Assembly: GCA_964399775.1 (NCBI GenBank)
Contig: CAYNSH010000007.1
Coordinates: 788-64,787 of the forward strand
Direction of reading: 5' to 3'
Length of the DNA: 64,000 nt
Source: an uncultured Verrucomicrobiota bacterium
GTDB lineage: Bacteria; Verrucomicrobiota; Kiritimatiellia; CAIQIC01; Lenti-01
The position numbers and the translations under genes are program-made. Below, piece after piece: positions 8,840 through 18,127 of the stretch. The notes under the pieces were generated by a model, which ran no database searches, was not told the origin of the DNA, and worked only from the letters and a program-made list of their open reading frames with translations. How positions within the stretch are numbered: the first letter of the stretch is position 1; each line of letters opens with the position of its first letter.

Positions 8840-11575
8840 ATGAGCGAATCCGCCAGCCGTCCGCCGCGCTATGCGGTGGGCATCGATTTGGGCACCACCC
8901 AGTCCGCCATGGCGTTTGTCGACCGGAAGGGGGCCGGGCGCATCGAGGATATTCGGATTCCGCAGGTCGTCGCGCCGGGCGTCACCGAGGCACGCGATAC
9001 GCTGCCGTCGTTCCTGTATGAAGCGGCCCCCGGCGAGGTGAAGGCCGGTGCGTTCAATCTGCCGTGGAGTTCGGACGGGCAAACACGCGTGGCGGGCTGG
9101 TGGGCCCGCGAGCGCGGTGCGGCGATGCCGGGACGCCTGGTGGCCTCCGCCAAATCCTGGCTGTGCCATGCGGGCGTGGACCGTACCGCGCCGATCCTGC
9201 CCTGGCATGGCGCCCCCGAGGTGAACCGCCTTTCCCCGGTCGATGCCGCCGTCCACTTCCTGGCGCACATGCGCGGGGCCTGGAACCACGCCCATCCGTC
9301 CCATCCCCTCGAACACCAGGATGTGGTGGTGACGATTCCGGCATCGTTCGATGAGGTGGCGCGGGAACTGACCGCCGAGGCGGCCGCGCGCGCCGGCCTG
9401 GAGCAGGCCCTCTTGATCGAAGAACCCCAGGCCGCATTCTATGCCTGGATGGCGGAACAACCCGAAGGGGGGAGCGGGTCCATTCCGCCCGGCCAGCTTG
9501 TCCTGGTTTGCGACATCGGCGGAGGGACCACCGACTTGACCTTGATCGAAACCGTTCCGGATGGAGACCGCGGCGTGTCGTTCCGGCGAATCGCCGTCGG
9601 CGACCACTTGATCCTGGGCGGCGACAACCTGGATCTGGCCCTGGCCTATCATCTGGAGCCGCGGGTGGCGGGGGGGCGCAAGCTGGATGCACGGCAATGG
9701 GGCATGCTGGTGCGGCAATGCTGTGCGGCCAAGGAACGGCTGCTGGGCGCGGAAGCGCCCGAGACGATGATCCTGTCGCTGCCGTTCGGCGGAAGCCGTA
9801 TAGTCGGCGGCAGTGTCCAGGTCGAACTCTCCCGCGCCGAAGCCATCGACGTGCTGGTGGATGGCTTTCTGCCGATGGTGCCGCCGGATGCCGAACCGTC
9901 CCGCACCGGGTCCGGCTTTCGGGAGTTCGGCCTGCCCTATGCGGCCGATGCCGGCATCACCCGCTATCTGGCCGACTTCCTGCGGCGGCAGGCCGGGCGG
10001 ATGCCGGACGCCGTTTTGTTGAATGGCGGATTCTTTGAATCGCCGGTATTGCGAAACCGTCTGATGGAGGTGTTGGCGTCGTGGTGTCCGACCGGCCATC
10101 CGCCGCGGGTGCTGGCGAATGCCCGCCTGGATCGGGCGGTGGCCCGCGGTGCGGCCCATTATGGCCTTGTCCGCCGCGGGCAGGGCCCGAGGATCCATTC
10201 TGGCCTGCCGCGCGCCTATTACGTCGGGGTGGCGAATGCGGAAGGGCGCTCGGGGGGTGTCGTTTGCGTGGCCCCCGCGGGCTTGGAAGAAGGCGAGGGC
10301 GTCGAGACCCCCGGGGCCCGCTTCGAAGTGTTGGTGCGCCAGCCCGTTGAGTTCCAGTTGGTGGCATCCACCACGCGCACGACCGATCAGGCGGGGGACC
10401 GGCTGGAATACGATCCTGCCCAAGTCACTCCGCTGCCGCCCATGCGCACCGTTCTGCAAACCGGCAAGAAAGCGGTGCGCTCTAGGGTGCCGGTGGGTCT
10501 GTACTGCCGCGCAACCGAGATCGGTACCTTTGAAATCTGGTGCCGGGAGCAGGGCGGTCCGCGTCAATGGCGTCTGCAATTCGATCTGCGCGCACGCCGT
10601 CCAGATGGCGAGACCGCGGCCGCCGGCGCAGGCGACACGCTCGAAGAAGCGGTGGTGTCCGCCTGCGGCGATGCGATTCGCGCGGCGTTGGCCGGTTCTG
10701 CGGAAGCCCTGGCGACCCTCCCGCGCGCGCTCGAAAGCGCCGCCGGGATTCCGCGCCCCGACTGGCCCCCGCAACTGCTTCGTCGCCTCTGGGAGGATCT
10801 GATGGCACGGCGCGAAGATCGTCGCGCCAGCCCGGCCCACGAGTCTCGCTGGCTGAACCTGGCCGGCTTTTGCCTGCGGCCGGGATTCGGGAGGGTACTG
10901 GATGATTGGCGCGTCGAAGAGATCTGGAAACTCTATTCCCAGGGCGTCCAGAATCCCCGGAATGAATTGTGCCGCGCCGAATGGTGGATTCTCTGGCGGC
11001 GCGTGGCCGGCGGACTGGATGACGGACGCCAATTGGCCTTGGCCGAGCCGCTGCTGGGACGCCTCAAGGCCCATCGCGGCACATTCGGTTGCGGGGGACA
11101 CGAGTCGGCCGAAATCTGGCGGCTCTTGGCCTGTTTGGAGCGGCTCCCGCTTGATATTCGCCGCTCGCTTGGCGAACGGCTCCGCGACCGCATCGCCCGC
11201 AAGGGGTGGGGCAGCGATCACGGATCCGCGTCCTGGGCCCTGGCCCGCCTGGCCTCCCGCGTTCCATTCTATGGCTCCCTTCAGGGCGTGATCGAACCCG
11301 AACAAGTCGCCCAATGGCTTCCTGCGTTGCTGGCGGCTTCGTCCCCTTCAACGGAAAACCTGTTCCAGGTCGCGCTCATGGTCCGACGCACCGGCGACCG
11401 CTACCGCGACGTGGATGACGGCATCCGCGCCCAGGTCATGCCATGGCTCAGGAAACACCACGCCGCCGATCATCTGCTGGAGCTCGTTGAACAGGGTGGG
11501 GAGCTGGATTCCCGCGAGCAAGTGCAGGCCTCCGGCGACACCCTGCCCCTGGGCCTGCGCTGGCTGGGCCCTTGA
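8840..11575 (+). CDS. Hsp70-family ATPase paralog with ~500-aa C-terminal extension of unknown function
   Basis: Start at the ATG 7 nt after the upstream stop (M44 of ORF 8711..11575; MSESASRPPRYAVGIDLGTTQSAMA). Motifs VCDIGGGTTDLTLI. Alignable blocks with the upstream Hsp70 (PSFLY..AKSWLCH..PILPW..PASFD). The C-terminal ~500 aa is Trp/Arg/Leu-rich and non-Hsp70. Confidence 0.85.
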   Translation: MSESASRPPRYAVGIDLGTTQSAMAFVDRKGAGRIEDIRIPQVVAPGVTEARDTLPSFLYEAAPGEVKAGAFNLPWSSDGQTRVAGWWARERGAAMPGRLVASAKSWLCHAGVDRTAPILPWHGAPEVNRLSPVDAAVHFLAHMRGAWNHAHPSHPLEHQDVVVTIPASFDEVARELTAEAAARAGLEQALLIEEPQAAFYAWMAEQPEGGSGSIPPGQLVLVCDIGGGTTDLTLIETVPDGDRGVSFRRIAVGDHLILGGDNLDLALAYHLEPRVAGGRKLDARQWGMLVRQCCAAKERLLGAEAPETMILSLPFGGSRIVGGSVQVELSRAEAIDVLVDGFLPMVPPDAEPSRTGSGFREFGLPYAADAGITRYLADFLRRQAGRMPDAVLLNGGFFESPVLRNRLMEVLASWCPTGHPPRVLANARLDRAVARGAAHYGLVRRGQGPRIHSGLPRAYYVGVANAEGRSGGVVCVAPAGLEEGEGVETPGARFEVLVRQPVEFQLVASTTRTTDQAGDRLEYDPAQVTPLPPMRTVLQTGKKAVRSRVPVGLYCRATEIGTFEIWCREQGGPRQWRLQFDLRARRPDGETAAAGAGDTLEEAVVSACGDAIRAALAGSAEALATLPRALESAAGIPRPDWPPQLLRRLWEDLMARREDRRASPAHESRWLNLAGFCLRPGFGRVLDDWRVEEIWKLYSQGVQNPRNELCRAEWWILWRRVAGGLDDGRQLALAEPLLGRLKAHRGTFGCGGHESAEIWRLLACLERLPLDIRRSLGERLRDRIARKGWGSDHGSASWALARLASRVPFYGSLQGVIEPEQVAQWLPALLAASSPSTENLFQVALMVRRTGDRYRDVDDGIRAQVMPWLRKHHAADHLLELVEQGGELDSREQVQASGDTLPLGLRWLGP

Positions 11576-11577
11576 GG

Positions 11578-12801
11578 TCAATCGCTGGCGAGGGTGTCGA
11601 AGTAGCCTTGGATATAGACCACCGGCGTTCCTTTGTCGCCGCTGCCGGAGATGAGATCGCACAGGGAGCCGATCAGGTCGGTGAGCCGCCGGGGCGTCGT
11701 GCCCTGGGATTCCATGGCGCCGGTCAGGTTCGGTTTCTTGGCCTGGATCTGCCGGACCACGGCATCGCGCAGGGCCTGGCCGGTCAGGCTGGAAAACTGA
11801 TTGTCGGCCAGGTACTTGATTTTCAGCTCGTTGGGCGTGCCGGCCAATCCCGCGGTGAAGGCGGGGGAGACGACCGGATCGGCCAGCTCCCAGATCTTGC
11901 CCACCGGATCCTTGAATGCGCCATCGCCGTAGATCATGGCCTCGACCGTCTTGCCCGTACGTTCGCGGAACAGGTCCTGGATACGGTCGACGGTCGATTG
12001 GCCATCGCGGGGAAACAGCTTCACGGTCTCATCGGTGGCCTTGTTGGAGCCCAGCAGTCCATACTCCGGATGATAGCCGCTGCCATCCACCGGCACGGAC
12101 AAAATGTCGTCAAGTCCGTAGACCCGGCCGGCGCCGGCGTCGTGCAAAATCCGTTTGGTCCGGGCCCGCGTGTGAATGTCGCACACCAGGACATCGCGGA
12201 CATGGCCCAGGATGGACTGGGGCCGATTGGAAAACAGGATGGTGCACGAGGTCCCCTCGGCTTCGATCAGCGACCGGTAGTAGGCCACATAGTCGATGCC
12301 GGTGAAGGGATGCGCACAGGTGGCGCCGAAAAGGTCGCGGTAGCGATCCTCGGTGAGGTCGTCCGCCCATGGATTCAGCCCCAGTTCGTCCAGGCGCTCT
12401 GGATCCATGAGAGGGTTTCCTACTTCGTCGGCAGGATAGCTCAGTTGCAGCACGATCCGGCCGGTGCTGCGGGCGATGGCCTTGAGCAGGATGGCATACC
12501 GGTTGCGACTGAGGATCGGGAAGACGACCCCGAGGGCCTTCCCGCCGAATTTGGATTGGAGATCCTTGGCGATCGCGTCCACGGTGGCGTAGTTGCCTTG
12601 GGCCCGTGCCAGCACGGATTCGGTCACCCCCACCACATCCCGGTCCCGGATGGAAAACCCTTCGGACTCGGCGGCTTGCAGGACACCGTCGACCACCATG
12701 GCCTCGAGGGAGTCGCCGGACCGGATGATCGGGATGCGGATGCCCCGGGCCACGGTTCCGACGACGCGTCCGCGGTTCTCCTGATCTATCCCGTTTTGCA
12801 T
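11578..12801 (-). CDS. Coenzyme F420-0:L-glutamate ligase (CofE)-like protein
   Basis: N-terminal IPIIRSGDSLEAMVVDG...DRDVVGVTESVLARAQG matches the CofE pattern (GDDL...VV..ST..SKAEGR). 407 aa with extra C-terminal region. Family call only. Confidence 0.5.
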   Translation of the reverse strand: MQNGIDQENRGRVVGTVARGIRIPIIRSGDSLEAMVVDGVLQAAESEGFSIRDRDVVGVTESVLARAQGNYATVDAIAKDLQSKFGGKALGVVFPILSRNRYAILLKAIARSTGRIVLQLSYPADEVGNPLMDPERLDELGLNPWADDLTEDRYRDLFGATCAHPFTGIDYVAYYRSLIEAEGTSCTILFSNRPQSILGHVRDVLVCDIHTRARTKRILHDAGAGRVYGLDDILSVPVDGSGYHPEYGLLGSNKATDETVKLFPRDGQSTVDRIQDLFRERTGKTVEAMIYGDGAFKDPVGKIWELADPVVSPAFTAGLAGTPNELKIKYLADNQFSSLTGQALRDAVVRQIQAKKPNLTGAMESQGTTPRRLTDLIGSLCDLISGSGDKGTPVVYIQGYFDTLASD

Positions 12802-12904
12802 GAGGTGGGCCTCCGGTTGATGATTCGACCTCGGATCCTACGCCCGCGAAACCCTGGAGTTCAAGCCTGCCGATTCGAACGCATCCATGGCCGTATGGGG
12901 CCGG

Positions 12905-12939
12905 TAAATGAACAAAGCCGGATGAGTTCATCCGGCTTT
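12905..12939 (-). terminator. Rho-independent terminator downstream of rpsU
   Basis: Perfect palindrome aaagccggatga-gt-tcatccggcttt (12914..12939) followed on the minus strand by UUUGUUCAUUU. Confidence 0.65.
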
Positions 12940-12961
12940 GCAGGAACGAGTGCGGCCTGGC

Positions 12962-13159
12962 TTACAAGGCGGCCGCGTAGGTGGCCCGGCGGGCATTGAT
13001 GCGAGCGCGGGCGGCCTTGCGGCGCCGCTTCTCGCACGGCTTTTCAAAATGCCGTTTCGCGCGGATGTCGCGCATGATGCCTTCGCGGTCCAGTTTCTTC
13101 TTCAGGCGGCGCAAAGCCTTTTCAACGCTCTCGCCTTTCCTGATTTTTACTTCGGTCAT
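12962..13159 (-). CDS. rpsU: 30S ribosomal protein S21
   Basis: [41 protein letters not shown]..., 65 aa. Confidence 0.93.
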   Translation of the reverse strand: MTEVKIRKGESVEKALRRLKKKLDREGIMRDIRAKRHFEKPCEKRRRKAARARINARRATYAAAL

Positions 13160-13368
13160 AAGGGGGTACTCACCTGCCTTTGCGTACGGTTTCCCCGCCC
13201 GGGCGGGGCCGCCGGAACAAGGGCTCCGGCAGTAAAATTGCGTGAAAACTAGGGCATGGGCCGCCGTTCGTCAATGAAAAACCCCCGGAAAAACCCCCGG
13301 AAATCAGAGCAAGCGCATCTTCTTCGGCCGCCGTGCCCCGCGGAGCGGCTTGAAGGCGCCGGCGGGCC

Positions 13369-15315
13369 ATGGTAATCAAGCCCATGGTTGAATTCCAAAA
13401 AGTCCACAAGCACCATGGCCGGCAAGCCGTGCTGGACGGGGTGGATCTGCGCCTGCTGGCCGGGGAACGGGTGGGACTGGTGGGACCGAATGGCGCTGGC
13501 AAAACCACGATCTTCGATCTGATCGCCGGCGAAGCGGAGCCGGATTCCGGGGGGGTGGTGCGCGCCAAAAACATCCGGCTGGGCTATCTTCGGCAGCATG
13601 TCAGCCCGGAAGGGCACGCAATGCCCATTCGGGAATACGTCGAAAAAGCCGCCCCGGACCTGGAAACCATCTGCGAGGAGATCCACCAGATCGAATCCAC
13701 GTTGGCGGACGACCCGGCCGGGGAATCCCGGACCCGGCTACGCCGGCTGGGCGAGTTGCAGACCCAGTTTGAACTGCAGGGGGGCTATGATGTCCAGGCG
13801 CGCACGGCGGCCGCCCTGGCGGGGTTGGGATTCCCTCCGTCCGACCTGGAGCGGCCCCTGGGTGATTTTTCGGGTGGATGGCAGATGCGCGTCGAGCTGG
13901 CGCGAGCCCTGATGGCGGAGCCGGACCTGCTGCTGCTGGACGAGCCCAGCAATTACCTCGATCTGCCAGCCGTTGAATGGCTCCGCCGCCGACTGGAAGG
14001 CTTTCGCGGCACCCTGGCCATGATTTCCCACGACCGGTATCTGCTGGAGAACCTGTGCGATATCACCTTCGAGGTGGCCGGCGGTCACGTGACCCGCTAC
14101 CCCGGCCGCTATTCGTGGTATGCCCGCGAACGCGAGAAGCGCCGGGAGATTTCCCTGGCCCGGCACGCCAACGAGGAACGCCGGCGCGCCGAGATCGAGC
14201 GCTATGTGGAGCGCTTTCGCGCCAAGGCCACCCTGGCCGCGCAGGTGCAAAGCCGCATCAAGATGCTGGAGAAAATGGAGCGCACGCCAGTGGTGGACGT
14301 CGTTCGCGGCCGGGGTCGTTTCCGGTTGGCCAAGCCCCCGCATTGCGGACAGGAGGTTCTGCGCTGCGACGGCATGGGGTTCCGGTACGATGAACGCCAT
14401 TGGATCTTCCGCAGTGTCGACCTGTCGATTCAGAAAGGCGAGAAGCTGGCGGTGGTCGGACCCAACGGCGCGGGAAAAACCACGCTGCTGCGCGTGATGG
14501 CCGGCCAATTGGCTCCAAGGGAAGGAGCGTGCAAGATCGGACACCGGGTCGTGCCGGGTTATCAAAGCCAGGAGGTGGCCGACACCATGGATCCGACCCG
14601 GACGTGCCTCGACATTCTCAAGGCGGTGGCGCCGGATGCCGCCGAATCGGAACTGCGCACGCTGCTGGGCGGGTTCGGTTTTTCCGGCGAGGCCGTGGAG
14701 AAACGGGTTCAGGTTCTTTCCGGCGGCGAACGGATCCGGTTGGCGTTTGCTCGGATTCTGATCCGTCCGCCCAACCTTCTTCTGCTTGATGAGCCGACCA
14801 CGCACCTGGATATCGAAAGCCGCGAAGCGCTCCAGGATGCCTTGGAAAACTACGGGGGGACCGTGGTGCTGGTATCCCACGATGTGACCTTCGTGCGCGC
14901 CGTGGCTCAAGGCATTGTGGCGGTGACGCCGGACGGCGGCGGCGTCCGGCGTTTTGCCGGGGGGTACGATTACTATTGCGAACTCAATGCCCGCGAGGGC
15001 GGTCTGTCCGCCGCGGCCCCGGCCGTGGTCGATCCGGAAAAAAGCCAGCGGCAGGCCGCCTTTCAAGATCGCCGGTCGCGCAAGGGCGCGCTGAGGAAGG
15101 CCGATAAAGAAGTCCTTGCGCTGGAGCAGGAGATTGAGCGGCTGGAGATGGGGCTCTCCGCCCTGCACGATTCCTTGGCGGCGCCCGACACCCCCGAGGC
15201 GCAACGGGCGGAGGACGGGCGTGCCTTGCGCCGCCTGGAGGATCAGTTGAACCAGCGCCTGGCCGAGTGGGAGGAAGCCGGCCGGCGGCGCGATGAACTC
15301 GCCGGCGAGTCGTGA
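13369..15315 (+). CDS. ABC-F family ATPase (tandem ABC domains, no transmembrane region)
   Basis: Two Walker A sites (GPNGAGKTT x2), two LSGG signatures, inter-domain linker and C-terminal coiled coil. Confidence 0.88.
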   Translation: MVIKPMVEFQKVHKHHGRQAVLDGVDLRLLAGERVGLVGPNGAGKTTIFDLIAGEAEPDSGGVVRAKNIRLGYLRQHVSPEGHAMPIREYVEKAAPDLETICEEIHQIESTLADDPAGESRTRLRRLGELQTQFELQGGYDVQARTAAALAGLGFPPSDLERPLGDFSGGWQMRVELARALMAEPDLLLLDEPSNYLDLPAVEWLRRRLEGFRGTLAMISHDRYLLENLCDITFEVAGGHVTRYPGRYSWYAREREKRREISLARHANEERRRAEIERYVERFRAKATLAAQVQSRIKMLEKMERTPVVDVVRGRGRFRLAKPPHCGQEVLRCDGMGFRYDERHWIFRSVDLSIQKGEKLAVVGPNGAGKTTLLRVMAGQLAPREGACKIGHRVVPGYQSQEVADTMDPTRTCLDILKAVAPDAAESELRTLLGGFGFSGEAVEKRVQVLSGGERIRLAFARILIRPPNLLLLDEPTTHLDIESREALQDALENYGGTVVLVSHDVTFVRAVAQGIVAVTPDGGGVRRFAGGYDYYCELNAREGGLSAAAPAVVDPEKSQRQAAFQDRRSRKGALRKADKEVLALEQEIERLEMGLSALHDSLAAPDTPEAQRAEDGRALRRLEDQLNQRLAEWEEAGRRRDELAGES

Positions 15316-15343
15316 ATCCAGGCGTCCATGGCGCCAAGCGCCT

Positions 15344-16993
15344 TCAGGTGGATTCGCCCAGATGGCGGGGAAGAAAGAGGCGGAAGCAGGCGCCTTTCTC
15401 TTCCGCACTTTCCACCTCGATGAATCCGCCATTTTGATGGACGATTCCGTAAACCGTGGCCAGGCCCAGGCCTGTTCCGGCCTGCTTGCCTTTGGTACTG
15501 AAGAAGGGTTCGAAGATATGCTCGACGGTTTGCGGGGCCATGCCACAGCCGGTGTCTCGGAATGACAGGCACACGAAATCCCGAGCGGCCGCCGGCAAAT
15601 TCCCGGGCAGGGGTGGGGAACCGTCGGGTACGTTGTATAGACGGATTTCGATGGTTCCCGAGCCTTGGATGGCATCGACCGCGTTGACGCAGAGATTGGT
15701 GAAGATCTGCTGGACTTGGCCTGGATCCATGCAAATGGGCCATAGCCGTTGCAGCATGGGCAGGATGTCCCGGGCAGAAGCCTCCAGGTCAATCTCGAGG
15801 GGGGCGATCGGCTGTCGCCGCGCAAATCCCAGTAGTTGGCGGGTGATGTCCAGCGATCGCAGCGCGGCCCGGTGGATTTCATGGATCTCGACGGCAACGG
15901 ACGAGGCCGGATCCACCTGTTGCTCGGCCAGTTCCACGGAGCCGAGGATGATCTGGAGAATATTGTTGAAATCATGGGCGATGCCACCGGCCAGCAGGCC
16001 GATGGATTCGAGCTTCTGGGCCTGGCGGAGCTGGGCTTCGGCCCACTGCTCCTCCGTGATGTCGCGGACCACGCCAAAAGAGCGCACGGGCCGGCCTTGA
16101 TCGTCACGCACCAGCGTATACTGCTCGCGCAACTGGCGGACTTTGCCGTTGTCAGGTCGGATGATGCGGTGATCCATGACATGGGTGGGGAGGGGAGCCG
16201 CCAGCGCCTGCTGGTAGTCGGCCGCCGCCTGATCGCGATCATCCGGATGCACCAGGGCCATGAAGGATTCATAGGTCTCGTGCCCCTGGTGCGGCGGTAC
16301 GCCAAAGATCCGGAACGTCTCGTCGGACCAGAACAGGCGATTCGTCGTCACCTCGTATTCCCAACTGCCAATGCCGGTCAGCCGTTGCGCCTGGGCCATC
16401 TGCATCTGCAGGCGCTGGAGATCCGCTTCTCGACGCTTGCGATCCGTCACATCGGAAACTGTGGACAACAGGCGCATATCGTCCATCAGCGTAATCCGCG
16501 CCTCAAAATACCGGGGACCGTCCGGCAATTCCAGCGGGTACTCGACGACCCGCATCTGCCGGGTTGCCATGACCTCCGCATAGGCATTCAGGAATAGCGT
16601 GGCCAGGGGTTCGGGATGGATCTCGCGAATGGATTTCCCGAGAAATTTCGATGGTGGGAGGGCGAACAGCGTGGGGTCGTGCGAATGGCAATCCAAATAG
16701 ATCCCATCCTGACTGACGACGAAAATCAAGTCGGGAGAGGCCTGGAGGATGGCCTTGAGTCGGCTTTCCCGATCGCGGAGCGATGTTTCCAGTTGCGAGA
16801 CGTTGGACGGATGCTCTTGCCCCCCGGGCGAAGGCGTGTCCGCTGTTGGGCGGCCTTTGCCGTTCTGCGAAAATTTGCGCTTCTCTCCAGGCGTTCGTGT
16901 CACGGACGTTCCCTCTCCATCCAATCCGGCGGGCCACTTCCCTGTGCCGGGCCTCAGCGTGCGTAGTATAGAGGATGAAGGCGCGTCCGGCAC
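15344..16993 (-). CDS. PAS-domain sensor histidine kinase (orphan)
   Basis: Two PAS-like regions, H-box HDFNNILQIILG, HATPase_c motifs (DTGCGM, GTGLGLATV). The N-terminal ~60 aa is low complexity, so the true start may be internal. Confidence 0.8.
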   Translation of the reverse strand: MPDAPSSSILRTLRPGTGKWPAGLDGEGTSVTRTPGEKRKFSQNGKGRPTADTPSPGGQEHPSNVSQLETSLRDRESRLKAILQASPDLIFVVSQDGIYLDCHSHDPTLFALPPSKFLGKSIREIHPEPLATLFLNAYAEVMATRQMRVVEYPLELPDGPRYFEARITLMDDMRLLSTVSDVTDRKRREADLQRLQMQMAQAQRLTGIGSWEYEVTTNRLFWSDETFRIFGVPPHQGHETYESFMALVHPDDRDQAAADYQQALAAPLPTHVMDHRIIRPDNGKVRQLREQYTLVRDDQGRPVRSFGVVRDITEEQWAEAQLRQAQKLESIGLLAGGIAHDFNNILQIILGSVELAEQQVDPASSVAVEIHEIHRAALRSLDITRQLLGFARRQPIAPLEIDLEASARDILPMLQRLWPICMDPGQVQQIFTNLCVNAVDAIQGSGTIEIRLYNVPDGSPPLPGNLPAAARDFVCLSFRDTGCGMAPQTVEHIFEPFFSTKGKQAGTGLGLATVYGIVHQNGGFIEVESAEEKGACFRLFLPRHLGEST

Positions 16994-17074
16994 AAGCTCA
17001 AATCGACAACTGAACCGCGGAACCGTGTGAAAGCCTGTTTACCGTTCAACCCGCCTTTGGCACACTCGGCCCGC

Positions 17075-18127
17075 ATGACGAAATCCCACATCTTTGCCCC
17101 CGCCGAACGAGCATTCTGCCGAGAGCATTTCCCCCATGCCACCGCGCGGGACTGGAACGACTGGCGCTGGCAATTGCGGCATCGGCTGCGGACTCCCGAT
17201 GCCGTGGCCCAATGCCTCCCCCTTTCTCGCAAAGAACAAATGGCCTTGGCCAAGCCGGAGATGTGGCGCATGCCGTTGGCCATCACGCCCTATGTCATGT
17301 CCCTGTTGGCCCTCGCCCCCCCCGACTCTCCCCTGCGGCGTACCTATTTGCCCGATACACGGGAGGGATGTGTCTCCCCGGGGGAATTTCGAGATCCCCT
17401 GGGCGAAGAAGCCCATGAAGTCGCCAACGGACTGATCCAGTCCTATCCTCATAAGGTCCTGCTTCTCGCCACCCGCGACTGCGCCTGCTTCTGCCGCTTT
17501 TGTACCCGTGCCAGAACCACGGGCACAACAAAATGCTACAATTCACGGGCTGACCCCTTTTGGTGGTTGGAGAGGAGGGTGGAGATTCGCGATGTGCTGG
17601 TGTCGGGCGGGGATCCGCTGACCCTGGGAGACGCCGAGGTGGAGCGGATCTTGCGCAAGTTGCGGGCGATTCCGCACCTTCAACTGATCCGGATCGGCAC
17701 CAAGGCGCCGGCATCCCTGCCACAGCGAATCACCCCAGCCCTGGTGAAGATCTTGAAGCGTTACCCGCCGCTTTGGCTCAGCCTGCATTTCACCCATCCG
17801 GCGGAACTGACCCCGCGCGCGGCCACGGCCTGCGCTCGCCTGCGCGATGCTGGCCTGCCCTTGATGAATCAGACGGTCCTGTTGCGCGGCATCAACGATG
17901 ATCTGGATACCCTGCGTGAATTGAACGAAGGCCTGTTGCGCATGGGGGTCAAGCCCTACTATCTCCACCAAGGGGATCTGGCGGCCGGGACGGCCCACCT
18001 GCGCTCCACGCCCGCCAAGGGGCGCGCCATCCTGCGCGCCATGGCGGGTACCGTTTCGGGTTACGCGATCCCGCTGTTCATGCGCGATCCGCCCGGCGGC
18101 GGCGCCAAGACTCAATTGCCGGTTTGA
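17075..18127 (+). CDS. KamA-family radical SAM protein (lysine 2,3-aminomutase / EpmB-like)
   Basis: CACFCRFCTR (CxxxCxxC) radical-SAM motif in the KamA-family arrangement. Start taken at MTKSH (M17 of the ORF). Confidence 0.75.
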   Translation: MTKSHIFAPAERAFCREHFPHATARDWNDWRWQLRHRLRTPDAVAQCLPLSRKEQMALAKPEMWRMPLAITPYVMSLLALAPPDSPLRRTYLPDTREGCVSPGEFRDPLGEEAHEVANGLIQSYPHKVLLLATRDCACFCRFCTRARTTGTTKCYNSRADPFWWLERRVEIRDVLVSGGDPLTLGDAEVERILRKLRAIPHLQLIRIGTKAPASLPQRITPALVKILKRYPPLWLSLHFTHPAELTPRAATACARLRDAGLPLMNQTVLLRGINDDLDTLRELNEGLLRMGVKPYYLHQGDLAAGTAHLRSTPAKGRAILRAMAGTVSGYAIPLFMRDPPGGGAKTQLPV

